Positions 9,575 through 17,901 of a stretch of 47,882 nt of DNA are shown one piece after another (position 1 is the stretch's first letter; the number at the start of each line of letters is the position of its first letter). The stretch lies in IMG/VR virus record IMGVR_UViG_3300029585_000017. One strand, written 5' to 3'. The notes under the pieces were generated by a model. That model worked only from the letters and a program-made list of their open reading frames with translations, made no database searches and was not told the origin of the DNA. A program made the position numbers and the translations under genes. This DNA comes from a virus.

Positions 9575-11433
9575 TGACGGACTTGAGAAAATTTCAAGAC
9601 AGGTCACAAACGCAAGCTAACTTAGGTGCTGTTCCAGCTGCTCCTCCTCCTACAACTACAACACTTCAATCGCTAGGGAGCTTTGCACAAGGCATCGCTC
9701 CTTCAGTAGGTCGTGCTGTAGTTGCTGGGCAGAAAGCAGCAGCAGAAGAACGGGTAAATACTAAGCTTGGTGATTTTGCTAACAAGTTAGCTAATGCACA
9801 ACAGGCTGGTAAAACAGACCCTAACTTCAATTTGGAAAATGTACAACGTCAATTATACACAGAGTTTATTGCTCAGAACCCTGCACTAGCTGGGGATGGT
9901 ATTAAGATGTTTACAGACGCTACAGGTCTTAAGCCTTCAGGTCTCACTTTTGAACAGAAAGAAATGCAAGACTTGCAAGAGTCTGCATGGAGCGCTGGTT
10001 TTGGTGACCCTGCAGCTCCACCTAGCGAGAACGCGAAACAGCTTGACCTCTACCAATCTATCCAGCGTGAGTCCAAGATAATGGAACATAACGCTAAGGT
10101 GGATAGTTGGAACAAGTCTCAAAAGCTTACAGAGCTTCAAGGAAGTACAGCGAAACTTTCTACGTGGAAGACTGAGAGTCTTTATGCAACATTGCAGACA
10201 GACCTAGAGACTTTACGTAATGGGGGGGATCGTGCATCTTTGGCAGCTAAGTGGGCTAAGCTTTCTATCGACTGGTCAAACGAACTAGCACAATATGGTG
10301 AGTTTGCTAATGACCCTACAATCAAAGCTCAACTTTCTGGTATTCAGGACATGTTGAAGTTTGGTAAAGAGATGGTAGATGGTACAGTTGAATTGGACAA
10401 TTTGACTAAGCAGAGTGATATTGCTCTAGCTAAGCAGAAAGCCCTATTCACTTCCGACCCTAAAGGTGCAGAACTTATTGCCTTGTCTCAAGCGTTTGGG
10501 CATACCCCGGCAGCACAAGTAGGCACGTCTTTATACGTGAGTGAAGTTATTGCTAAGAAAGGTCCTTCAGACATTCGTGATATGAATGGAGAAGAGAAGA
10601 GTTTTACTCGTGAAACTATTAGCAATATGGCTGGCTCAGAAGAACCCTTGGCACGTGACGAAGCTACAGGTCAAGTGGTTCAAATTGCACAACATCTAGA
10701 CCGTAATGGTATGGATTATACAGATGAGAACATCTTAGAAGTATGTAGCGTATTGGCAGTTCCTAAAGCCTTTGACCAAATGTCATCAGGTGATAAAGAG
10801 CTTGTTAAAAACGCATGTGATACATACGCTGTAGATGTAGCTCAGAAGGCTATTCGTGATATTGAGAACAATGGAAGCATTGCATTCCCAACAGAGGTAA
10901 TCACACCTCGTGGGGATACTCGTCCGGGAGCTCCTAACGTAGTTCCTGTACAATCATTTGCTACTATTGTTGCCGATAACACGGGTCTTCGATACACGGC
11001 GCTTCCTGAGTTTAGAAACAATCGTCAGGTTCAGCGTCAGATTCAAAACCTTAACAGACAGCTTACTAAAGTTAATCCTGTGCTAGAAGTATATTCAGCA
11101 GCTACAGGAGAGACCCCAGCGTTTATTGCTAATGAGTTATGGGGGTTAGGTAACAATGCACGTTCTCAAGCTGACATTGCAGCAGAGCGCCCTGTAGAGG
11201 AACCTGCGCAACCAGAACAACCAGCACCAACGCAAGCAAGCCAAGACCAGTTTAAAGAGGAGTTCATCCAAGCCTCTATTGAAGCTGGTCAGTCACAAGA
11301 AGAAGCAGAAGCGCTGTGGGCACAAGTTAGTGCTCCAGTTGCAGACGCTCCAGCTAGTGATGTCGTTATGATCGGTGGTCAGGAGTTTACACGTGAACAA
11401 GCAAAAGCTGCTCTTAGCGTTCCTGTTCAGTAG
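9574..11433 (+). CDS. Internal virion / ejection-associated protein
   Basis: 619-aa ORF, TAATG coupling to the 1511-aa gene, Pro/Glu/Gln-rich C-terminal linker. Confidence 0.65.
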   Translation: MTDLRKFQDRSQTQANLGAVPAAPPPTTTTLQSLGSFAQGIAPSVGRAVVAGQKAAAEERVNTKLGDFANKLANAQQAGKTDPNFNLENVQRQLYTEFIAQNPALAGDGIKMFTDATGLKPSGLTFEQKEMQDLQESAWSAGFGDPAAPPSENAKQLDLYQSIQRESKIMEHNAKVDSWNKSQKLTELQGSTAKLSTWKTESLYATLQTDLETLRNGGDRASLAAKWAKLSIDWSNELAQYGEFANDPTIKAQLSGIQDMLKFGKEMVDGTVELDNLTKQSDIALAKQKALFTSDPKGAELIALSQAFGHTPAAQVGTSLYVSEVIAKKGPSDIRDMNGEEKSFTRETISNMAGSEEPLARDEATGQVVQIAQHLDRNGMDYTDENILEVCSVLAVPKAFDQMSSGDKELVKNACDTYAVDVAQKAIRDIENNGSIAFPTEVITPRGDTRPGAPNVVPVQSFATIVADNTGLRYTALPEFRNNRQVQRQIQNLNRQLTKVNPVLEVYSAATGETPAFIANELWGLGNNARSQADIAAERPVEEPAQPEQPAPTQASQDQFKEEFIQASIEAGQSQEEAEALWAQVSAPVADAPASDVVMIGGQEFTREQAKAALSVPVQ

Positions 11434-11704
11434 TTTACTTGTTGGCTGTGCCACAACAATGTCTCCAATTGATGTTCCTGTTGATATAGGCGTCAGTGGA
11501 GATGTTGGTGAGGTGAACACCAGCATAACTAATTCTGTACAAAATATTGTGAGTCAAATGGAAGTGTGGCAGATGGCTACTATTGTCTCTCTAGCTTGGC
11601 TAGTTGGGTGGCTATCTCCGGGACCTTTAGAAATTATCAGAGGTTTCTTCTCAGGGCTTACAGAGATTGTTACGGGGGTTAGTAGACTATTTAGGAGAAG
11701 TTAA
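11393..11704 (+). CDS. Lipoprotein with C-terminal TM segment: unimolecular spanin candidate
   Basis: GTG at 11393 lies 7 nt after AGGAG (11381-11385). Signal peptide is MNKQKLLLAFLFSSLLVG|C with lipobox LVGC. C-terminal hydrophobic stretch MATIVSLAWLVGWL. Confidence 0.55.
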   Translation: MNKQKLLLAFLFSSLLVGCATTMSPIDVPVDIGVSGDVGEVNTSITNSVQNIVSQMEVWQMATIVSLAWLVGWLSPGPLEIIRGFFSGLTEIVTGVSRLFRRS

Positions 11705-11707
11705 GCT

Positions 11708-12085
11708 ATGACATTAGAAGGAGAGACTCCGTTGTCTGTCAATGAAAGAGTAGGAATATTTCTGGCAGGGGTTGTTTCTTTCATCTCAATTATGTGTACT
11801 GTCTGGTATGCTGCTATTGCAGTTAATAACTTAACACACGCAATATCACAGGCGAACACAAACATTACAAGGATTGAACGCGTAGTAACTAATACAGCTT
11901 CAGATTTTCAAGAGATCAAAGTGAAAGTTGATTTAAATGCTCTTGAGATAACAAAGCTAAAGAGTTCTAGTACAGGGTTGTCATTCATCGGAGATAACTT
12001 TGTACTGCTAGAATCAGGTAATGGAGAGAAAGTAAAACTTGCTATCTATGTAACCGATGCAGAAGGAAAGAAAAAAGGTGGGTAA
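11708..12085 (+). CDS. Membrane protein (N-terminal TM, helical ectodomain): holin/spanin-like lysis accessory candidate
   Basis: 125-aa ORF, AGGAG RBS, TM segment VGIFLAGVVSFISIMCTVWYAAIAV. Confidence 0.5.
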   Translation: MTLEGETPLSVNERVGIFLAGVVSFISIMCTVWYAAIAVNNLTHAISQANTNITRIERVVTNTASDFQEIKVKVDLNALEITKLKSSSTGLSFIGDNFVLLESGNGEKVKLAIYVTDAEGKKKGG

Positions 12086-12329
12086 TATTCAATTAAGTAA
12101 GATAGATGTACCTAATTGGGTGATTGCTGTTGTAGTTGTAGGAGGTCTTCTCTGGAATGGTGGTAAGAAAGATGCTAATCTTGAGCAGGTTTTAGCTAAT
12201 CAAGGTGTTAAGGCTCAGCAGATTTCTACCATAGAAGGGTTGTTAACTGACAAGAATGTCGAGATTATTGTAATTAAGAAAGACTTAGAAGTTATAGATT
12301 ACAGAGTAAGTAAACTGGAAGATAAGTAA
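12057..12329 (+). CDS. Small membrane protein (single TM plus coiled coil)
   Basis: 90-aa ORF, TM segment NWVIAVVVVGGLLW. Alternative GTG start at 12078 has an AAGGA RBS. Confidence 0.5.
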   Translation: MQKERKKVGNIQLSKIDVPNWVIAVVVVGGLLWNGGKKDANLEQVLANQGVKAQQISTIEGLLTDKNVEIIVIKKDLEVIDYRVSKLEDK

Positions 12330-12330
12330 T

Positions 12331-12537
12331 ATGAATTGGAATGATAAGGTCAAGAAAGAACTTGTTGATAGGGTGTTATGGACAGGTGATATGAATGGAT
12401 CTATTATTGAATGGATGGATTTATATACAGCTAGAGCCCCTTTCAACGATATGTTTGCGAAAAGAGCCTCTCAAATAGGTGTATCGAAAGAACGATTGTT
12501 TCGTGACTTAGACTTCTACATTGACAGTGGTTTGTAA
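12331..12537 (+). CDS. Hypothetical protein, last gene of the + strand arm
   Basis: 68-aa ORF, TAA-T-ATG junction with the upstream gene, followed by a terminator. Confidence 0.5.
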   Translation: MNWNDKVKKELVDRVLWTGDMNGSIIEWMDLYTARAPFNDMFAKRASQIGVSKERLFRDLDFYIDSGL

Positions 12538-12548
12538 AAACCCAAACG

Positions 12549-12601
12549 CAAAAAGGGCGAACCCTCTAGAACTTAATCTATTGGGAACGCCCTTTCTTTT
12601 T
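12549..12601. terminator. Bidirectional intrinsic terminator between the convergent arms
   Basis: AAGGGCG..CCC-loop-GGG..CGCCCTT stem, flanked by an A-run upstream and TTTCTTTTT downstream. Sits between the stops of the + and - arms. Confidence 0.65.
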
Positions 12602-12833
12602 ATGCATACTCTACAGAGCTGCGGATGTCATAGTGATGCTCCAATAAGAACTGTGCATAGTGTACTACTTTCTTCAAGTCTTCACTACCATTCTTATCTT
12701 TATAACGTGTGATATACTTCACAATATTCCCTTCACAAAACGGTAAGTTATTCGCTAGAGAATATTGAAGAGGTTGAATACCTCTGTCTTTGTAGTGATC
12801 ACCACCATACTGGATGTCGAATTGACTCTCCAT
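12600..12833 (-). CDS. DUF3310-family protein
   Basis: Motifs GGDHY, CEGNIVKYITRYKDKNGSEDLKK and HYAQFLL match the DUF3310 pattern as I remember it. Confidence 0.65.
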   Translation of the reverse strand: MESQFDIQYGGDHYKDRGIQPLQYSLANNLPFCEGNIVKYITRYKDKNGSEDLKKVVHYAQFLLEHHYDIRSSVEYA

Positions 12834-12836
12834 AAG

Positions 12837-13085
12837 CTAGTCCTTATACTCCGCAGTGTCATCAACGAATGTTAGTTCTTCATTGCGTTTACCTGCTTCA
12901 TGAGCCATACGGATAAGCTTAACAACATTGTGTACTTCTGAGAAGTTACGACCTAGTGAGTTATCTTCTGGTTCACCATCATGTACGCTCATCATTACCT
13001 TACCATCTATGGATACAGTAAGGAAGTCACGATAGTCATACTCGTCTAGATACTTCTCATCGCGTGTTAATGTAGTTACAATCAT
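12837..13085 (-). CDS. Hypothetical protein
   Basis: 82-aa ORF tightly packed in the - strand operon. Confidence 0.5.
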   Translation of the reverse strand: MIVTTLTRDEKYLDEYDYRDFLTVSIDGKVMMSVHDGEPEDNSLGRNFSEVHNVVKLIRMAHEAGKRNEELTFVDDTAEYKD

Positions 13086-13336
13086 TATTCTACCTCTAGT
13101 TCAACACATTTATTAATCTGTTTCACAACAGCATCACGACCTAAGTCTTTAACCATCGCCATAAGCATCTCTACTTTCATACGAGCTACAGAGTCATAGC
13201 TTTGATGGTAAGCATCAGCGTCTTCACTACCTAGCTTGTCATTAATGTTAACAATAGTGTTAGCACGATTCCATGCTTGTAGTAAGTCATCCTGTACATC
13301 TGTGAACAGGTCATAGCCTTTGTATTCTTTAGGCAT
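13085..13336 (-). CDS. Hypothetical protein
   Basis: 83-aa ORF, start/stop overlap with neighbours. Confidence 0.5.
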   Translation of the reverse strand: MPKEYKGYDLFTDVQDDLLQAWNRANTIVNINDKLGSEDADAYHQSYDSVARMKVEMLMAMVKDLGRDAVVKQINKCVELEVE

Positions 13337-13617
13337 TACGCAACTCCCTTGTAATCTGTAACAGTACGTTTGAATGGAACAACTTCTGTTAGTTTAATAA
13401 CATCAGGTTCATATTCATACGGGGATTCATCTTGGCACTCTGTAGCACCTTTCGAGTACGAAGTTCTGTAGAACTTACTGGACTCTTTATGTTTCAATAC
13501 TTGACTGTAGTTTAAAGACCAACGAGACTCGCCTTCGAACTTATCTTGTACTACTTCAAAGTTCTCACTCTCACTCATCCAAGCAAGATCTTGTAATTCT
13601 TCTTTACGAACTTCCAT
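13336..13617 (-). CDS. Hypothetical protein
   Basis: 93-aa ORF, start/stop overlap with neighbours. Confidence 0.5.
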   Translation of the reverse strand: MEVRKEELQDLAWMSESENFEVVQDKFEGESRWSLNYSQVLKHKESSKFYRTSYSKGATECQDESPYEYEPDVIKLTEVVPFKRTVTDYKGVA

Positions 13618-13978
13618 GTTCTTCCTTTTTATAGTTAACTACACTTACGTGCAAGCCATTCTTCTTAGCAAGATTGATCATATGATTAGTTCCTTTAGAC
13701 TCCCCGTCCCAGAACGCTAACAGAGCGTCAGCATACTCAGCCATTTCCGCGTTACGGATGTAACCAGCAGCTTTGCCTTTCCCGTCCCAGTCAGCTGGGA
13801 ATCGCTTCACTGGGATACCATACTCTTCAGCAAAACGTTCACCTAACTTGTCAGCACCTCTTGCAGCCCCACTAACAATCTCTAACCCTTTTCGAGGGTA
13901 GTTCTTAATAACGGTTCTTTTTAAGAGTTCATAATCAACAAAATCTCTACCCCCTGCAAGGACTAGTTTAAGAGTCAT
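13604..13978 (-). CDS. SLOG-superfamily (DUF2493 / YspA-like) nucleotide-binding protein
   Basis: Motifs LVLAGGRD, VSGAARGADKLGERFA, FPADWDGKGKAAGYIRN and AFWDGESKGT match DUF2493. Confidence 0.65.
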   Translation of the reverse strand: MTLKLVLAGGRDFVDYELLKRTVIKNYPRKGLEIVSGAARGADKLGERFAEEYGIPVKRFPADWDGKGKAAGYIRNAEMAEYADALLAFWDGESKGTNHMINLAKKNGLHVSVVNYKKEEHGSS

Positions 13979-14108
13979 CAGAGTGTTCCTTTTTCTGGCG
14001 TTTATTAATGTTGTCGTAGTAAGCTTGCTTAGCGAACTTGACCTTATGAATAAGCCAATTGGTATTCTTACGAGCTTTAACTTTCTGTGAACAGTTAGTC
14101 TTTCCCAT
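13968..14108 (-). CDS. Small basic protein (46 aa), below the ORF-track threshold
   Basis: I translated it by hand: MGKTNCSQKVKARKNTNWLIHKVKFAKQAYYDNINKRQKKEHSDDS. AGGAG lies 6 nt before the ATG. It fills the 116-nt gap and overlaps both neighbours. Confidence 0.5.
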   Translation of the reverse strand: MGKTNCSQKVKARKNTNWLIHKVKFAKQAYYDNINKRQKKEHSDDS

Positions 14109-14265
14109 AGTCCACTCCTAAGTCAGCAGCCGCAATGAGCATCCAAGCCTCACGATAATCCTGTGAGCATTGCTTCCACATAAAGTGGTACAAGTCCCTG
14201 TCCAACTCCATATGCTTGTAGTATAAGGCTTTAGCACGATCTTTGATATCAGTTAGATGTACCAT
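14095..14265 (-). CDS. Hypothetical protein (56 aa)
   Basis: Internal ATG at 14265 (MVHLTDIK) lies 7 nt after AAGGAG (14278-14273). The track start 14340 would overlap the upstream ORF by 92 nt. Confidence 0.5.
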   Translation of the reverse strand: MVHLTDIKDRAKALYYKHMELDRDLYHFMWKQCSQDYREAWMLIAAADLGVDYGKD

Positions 14266-14452
14266 TAAAAGACTCCTTAACAGTTTTCCAGAAGTAGCCA
14301 TAGTTGCCCATGATAGGTCGGCGGTCAGCGTCACATTCATCTCTGGTATAGTAACCCGTCTCCCCTCTTAAAGAGAAAGTCAGAGTACTCTGTGTTCCAG
14401 TATCTAGGTCTCTGTGATGTAGAGGACCTCCGTGGCAAGTGAATTTACCCAT
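14249..14452 (-). CDS. Hypothetical protein (67 aa)
   Basis: ATG at 14452 (MGKFTCHGG) follows a GGGAG; 8-nt overlap with the end of the HNH gene. Confidence 0.45.
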   Translation of the reverse strand: MGKFTCHGGPLHHRDLDTGTQSTLTFSLRGETGYYTRDECDADRRPIMGNYGYFWKTVKESFNGTSN

Positions 14453-14858
14453 CAAGTTTCTCCCTACGTCTACGTTCTACAGCAATAGCACGTTCTTCGC
14501 CAGTCTTCTGGTCATGACATTTCTTACATAAGATTTGCCACCCACCTAACTCTACGAACATACGTTCTACAAATACATCCCACCCCTCATGACCTACAGC
14601 AGGGTCTACTATAGGCTCTATATGGTCTGCAATCTTGTTCTTAAAACGCTTCCCATCAATAACTGTGGAGGTAGGACATTCCTCTCCACACTCAGCACAC
14701 ATAAACCAACCTCTACGCGTACTAGCATTCTTGAGAGCTTGCTGCATAGGAGCCCACTTGCGTGAAGCTCCACGTAACGCTGAGATAATAAAGCTATTAA
14801 AACGTGCCTCAGTCCACTGCCCCGAACAGCGGGTCTTAGGTCCACTAGGTCTCGCCAT
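14445..14858 (-). CDS. HNH endonuclease
   Basis: CxxC...ADHIEPI...WQILCKKCHDQKT (His-Me finger with Zn cysteines). ATG at 14858 lies 6 nt after GGAGAG. Confidence 0.7.
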   Translation of the reverse strand: MARPSGPKTRCSGQWTEARFNSFIISALRGASRKWAPMQQALKNASTRRGWFMCAECGEECPTSTVIDGKRFKNKIADHIEPIVDPAVGHEGWDVFVERMFVELGGWQILCKKCHDQKTGEERAIAVERRRREKLDG

Positions 14859-15036
14859 CACTATCTCTCCATTTCTTAATGGATTCAATAGACAGCACTT
14901 TACAACGTGTTTTCTCTATCATATCAGAGAAGTGTTCAAACATAGCATCAACTGATTTACCTTCAAGTTCAGATATGTAATCACTTACTTCCTGTTTGTC
15001 GCAGGTAGTCCCACAACAGTTGTCTTGTTCCTTCAT
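14845..15036 (-). CDS. Hypothetical Cys-containing small protein (63 aa)
   Basis: ATG at 15036 (MKEQDNCCG) follows GGAGAT; TAA-T-ATG junction with the upstream gene. Confidence 0.5.
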   Translation of the reverse strand: MKEQDNCCGTTCDKQEVSDYISELEGKSVDAMFEHFSDMIEKTRCKVLSIESIKKWRDSDGET

Positions 15037-15037
15037 A

Positions 15038-15724
15038 TTAATCTCCAAACCAGAATGGTAGAGATACATTAGGACGGTCAACTTTGTCAGTGAGGTCTAA
15101 CCATTTCCCCACTAGGTTTCTAGGCTGAACTACTTCTGCACCTTCTAAGAAACGGTCTACACGGTAGGCGTATGCCTGTGTGCCCAATACTAGGCGATAG
15201 TCTGGGAATTTCTTCACCATCTTATCAATGTAGCGCATCTTGGGCGCATGGTCTTCGGACACACGAAGTGTACGAGTGGCGTGTGCAAGCAGGAATTCAA
15301 ACGTTGGGATGATATATTCACCTTTCCACCACACCTTGCTATTGTCCATACAGAAGTGGTCTACAACACATTCGAATGTAGGTCTGCTCATAACCATAAC
15401 TTGGACAGTCATGCCCATGTACTCGCCTTCAAAGACATAACGCAATTCTTTAAGGGCTGTGTATTCATGGTCAATCTCATCGTTGTCTTTACCTTCAATC
15501 ATACCTAAAGGTTTGACATCAAGTAGAGTTTTACTTAGGCGTTCTGTCCAAACACCTTGAGATAGGAAGTTAGCATCATACACATAGAAGTCTAAGTCAG
15601 ATGCTGGTTTGCCAAAGAACCAGTCACGTGGAGCCCCACCTGCTAGAATACAGAAAGGATCAATTACCTCTAACTCTTCTAGCACTTCTTTAGCAATTTC
15701 TTTTTGAATTTTTACTACGTCCAT
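15038..15724 (-). CDS. Pol-beta-superfamily nucleotidyltransferase (tRNA CCA-adding / poly(A) polymerase head-domain-like)
   Basis: N-terminal motif ILAGGAPRDWFFGKPASDLDFYV matches GGxxRDxxxGxxxxDxD. Confidence 0.6.
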   Translation of the reverse strand: MDVVKIQKEIAKEVLEELEVIDPFCILAGGAPRDWFFGKPASDLDFYVYDANFLSQGVWTERLSKTLLDVKPLGMIEGKDNDEIDHEYTALKELRYVFEGEYMGMTVQVMVMSRPTFECVVDHFCMDNSKVWWKGEYIIPTFEFLLAHATRTLRVSEDHAPKMRYIDKMVKKFPDYRLVLGTQAYAYRVDRFLEGAEVVQPRNLVGKWLDLTDKVDRPNVSLPFWFGD

Positions 15725-15915
15725 TATTCCAAGTTCCTTCTTCTCATAATGACGGCACGGTCGTGGCTGTTCTCAACGAACTCCCACCACTCCCCTTCTC
15801 TTTTTCTATAACTGATGAAGTCAGAGGCTTCTCTATCAGCATAACGCCCAGTGAACCTTTTGGTATTAGGCGTAATAGATTTAATAAGCCCAATAAACTT
15901 TTTACTCATCGTCAT
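15724..15915 (-). CDS. Hypothetical protein
   Basis: 63-aa ORF coupled to neighbours. Confidence 0.45.
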   Translation of the reverse strand: MTMSKKFIGLIKSITPNTKRFTGRYADREASDFISYRKREGEWWEFVENSHDRAVIMRRRNLE

Positions 15916-16093
15916 CCATACGTTTCAATACGCAAACCCAAGGTTTATAGTTAAGGAGACGTGCCGGGCGGTTGATAATCAAACCTGCCTCCCACTCTTC
16001 ACCATGGTTCTCGTAACGTTCACTAAGGAATTTATTAACATTCAGTTCTACTTCGCGTTCACTATAACCACGAATTACTTTGTCTTTAAACAT
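15902..16093 (-). CDS. Hypothetical protein (63 aa from the ATG; the track starts at a TTG at 16120)
   Basis: First ATG gives MFKDKVIRGY. Confidence 0.45.
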   Translation of the reverse strand: MFKDKVIRGYSEREVELNVNKFLSERYENHGEEWEAGLIINRPARLLNYKPWVCVLKRMDDDE

Positions 16094-16155
16094 ACTACAT
16101 TCCAAATGCAAGAATAGCAATAAACACTGCTAAGGTAAAACAGATTTTAAATTCA

Positions 16156-16968
16156 CTACTCATTTAATAACCACTCCGGTAGTGTGAATTGTACAGGCTC
16201 ACCGCCCTCTAATTCTCTACACATCCATAACAACTTCCCTTGTTCTACCATATGGTCAGCCCAAGAGCCCTCGTATTTAGCCTTGTAAGCCTCTCTAACG
16301 GCTTTTAACATATCAGGGATAGTTTCCTTCCCTTCTAATATTTCAGCTGCCTTAACAGGTCCTACGCGTGGTAAACCGGGGATGTTGTCAACGGTGTCGC
16401 CAGTAAGAAGCTGTGTGCAGAACCACTTAAAACCTTCTCTAGGCTGTACGACTCTAGGTCCATACTGATCCTGTTTTCCACACAACCATCCAAAGTGATT
16501 TCCCTCCACCATTCGGAGGTCTTTGTCACGGGTGCAGATAATAGTCTCTTCTCCGCTTCGGAGAGCATTAGTTTGGTATATTGCAAGTAGATCATCAGCT
16601 TCACATCCTTCTGCTACTACGCATGGATGACAGTTAATCATATACGCAGTGATGTTGTTGTAGTGTTTAGGCTTCTCCCCCTTACGTGTTCCTTTGTAAG
16701 GTTTCGTTACTGCTACTGCCTCACGAAAGTTAGCTTTAAACTCTACATTACCTTTACGATGTAAGATAGTATGCGTTCTCGGACAGGAGGTGAGGAACAG
16801 CTGGTACTCGTCAGCCCAGCACAGCTCACATATCTCTCTTATCTTCGCGTCTAAGAGCTCCTGTACGAAGTCCCAAGAACGCATCTCTATCTCACCCTCA
16901 TCGTTAGTCATTTGACCAACGCTTCCGATTTCCATCCTTAGAACATCGGCATCTATGAGGGCTTTCAT
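16156..16968 (-). CDS. 5'-3' exonuclease / flap endonuclease (FEN, PIN + H3TH)
   Basis: Motifs LIDADVL, GCEADDLLA, TRDKDL and LTGDTVDNIPGLPRVGPVKAAEIL. Confidence 0.85.
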   Translation of the reverse strand: MKALIDADVLRMEIGSVGQMTNDEGEIEMRSWDFVQELLDAKIREICELCWADEYQLFLTSCPRTHTILHRKGNVEFKANFREAVAVTKPYKGTRKGEKPKHYNNITAYMINCHPCVVAEGCEADDLLAIYQTNALRSGEETIICTRDKDLRMVEGNHFGWLCGKQDQYGPRVVQPREGFKWFCTQLLTGDTVDNIPGLPRVGPVKAAEILEGKETIPDMLKAVREAYKAKYEGSWADHMVEQGKLLWMCRELEGGEPVQFTLPEWLLNE

Positions 16969-16969
16969 A

Positions 16970-17191
16970 CTAAGCTACGCCAAGGTAGCCTAGAACTTCT
17001 ACATTTTCAAGCATCTCTTCTACTGGCATACCAATAGGAGACCACTCGTTGATTTTATGAAGCTCGTATGCTTCAACACCATCTACAGTGTGACGGAAGG
17101 TACGAGACCATACGTCATCTGCAAATTTATATACTGCTACGAACTGACCCTCAGTAGGGCGTTCAGTTGTAAGGATTGTTGCGTTAGTCAT
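16970..17191 (-). CDS. Hypothetical protein (73 aa)
   Basis: ATG at 17191 (MTNATILT) follows AGGAA. The track start 17233 would overlap the upstream gene. Confidence 0.5.
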   Translation of the reverse strand: MTNATILTTERPTEGQFVAVYKFADDVWSRTFRHTVDGVEAYELHKINEWSPIGMPVEEMLENVEVLGYLGVA

Positions 17192-17195
17192 TATG

Positions 17196-17504
17196 CTATT
17201 CCTTTTCATGCATGTTAGTGAACGCTTGGACATCTTCCTTGTCCTGCGTTAGTACGTCTGAAAACTCCTCTGGAATCTCAGGGATGAGTTCTTCAAAACC
17301 CATCTCCATAGCTTCCTCTTCTGGAATTAATTCAAAACGGTCAATGTTCATAATGTAAATTTCAAACTCTGTGGATGGCATAAACCATACATAGGTTTTG
17401 TCTGCGTGAACTACTGTGTTCACTAGACCAACTGTACCTGCTGGAAGATGTTCGAAACCCTCTAGCAAACGAACTGCTGATCCTTTTGTGATTTTATTTT
17501 CCAT
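17196..17504 (-). CDS. Hypothetical acidic protein
   Basis: 102-aa ORF in operon. Confidence 0.5.
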   Translation of the reverse strand: MENKITKGSAVRLLEGFEHLPAGTVGLVNTVVHADKTYVWFMPSTEFEIYIMNIDRFELIPEEEAMEMGFEELIPEIPEEFSDVLTQDKEDVQAFTNMHEKE

Positions 17505-17881
17505 TACTTTAGGCGTCCTGCTTCTGTAATTGGTAGACCACTATCAGAGATAGGGACATAGATAAGTTTCACTGCACCATTCTGGACAGCTTCCCCCATT
17601 GCTTCATAGTACATAGCTTCACGATACTCTGGGAATTCTGCATAAGCAGCACCTACAATAGAGATAGCTTCAGCTTGTTTAGAAGCAGCGTCTAGTTCTG
17701 CTTGAGCCTTCTGTACTAGGACTTGTCGTTCATTCTCAGACTTAGCTAAGATAGCTTTACCTGTCATCTCGTACTTGTAGACTTTGTACTGAGGCATGCC
17801 CCACATCAGCCCACCGATAGCCCCAACAGGAATTGCTAGAATGATAGCTCCTGATAGGATGGTTGCTAAGATGTCTTTCAT
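17504..17881 (-). CDS. Membrane-anchored protein with an SPFH/HflC-like helical segment (tentative)
   Basis: N-terminal TM ILSGAIILAIPVGAIGGLMW, then AQAELDAASKQAEAISIVGAA. Confidence 0.45.
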   Translation of the reverse strand: MKDILATILSGAIILAIPVGAIGGLMWGMPQYKVYKYEMTGKAILAKSENERQVLVQKAQAELDAASKQAEAISIVGAAYAEFPEYREAMYYEAMGEAVQNGAVKLIYVPISDSGLPITEAGRLK

Positions 17882-17901
17882 AGAGAGTTTTCCTTAACTT
17901 A

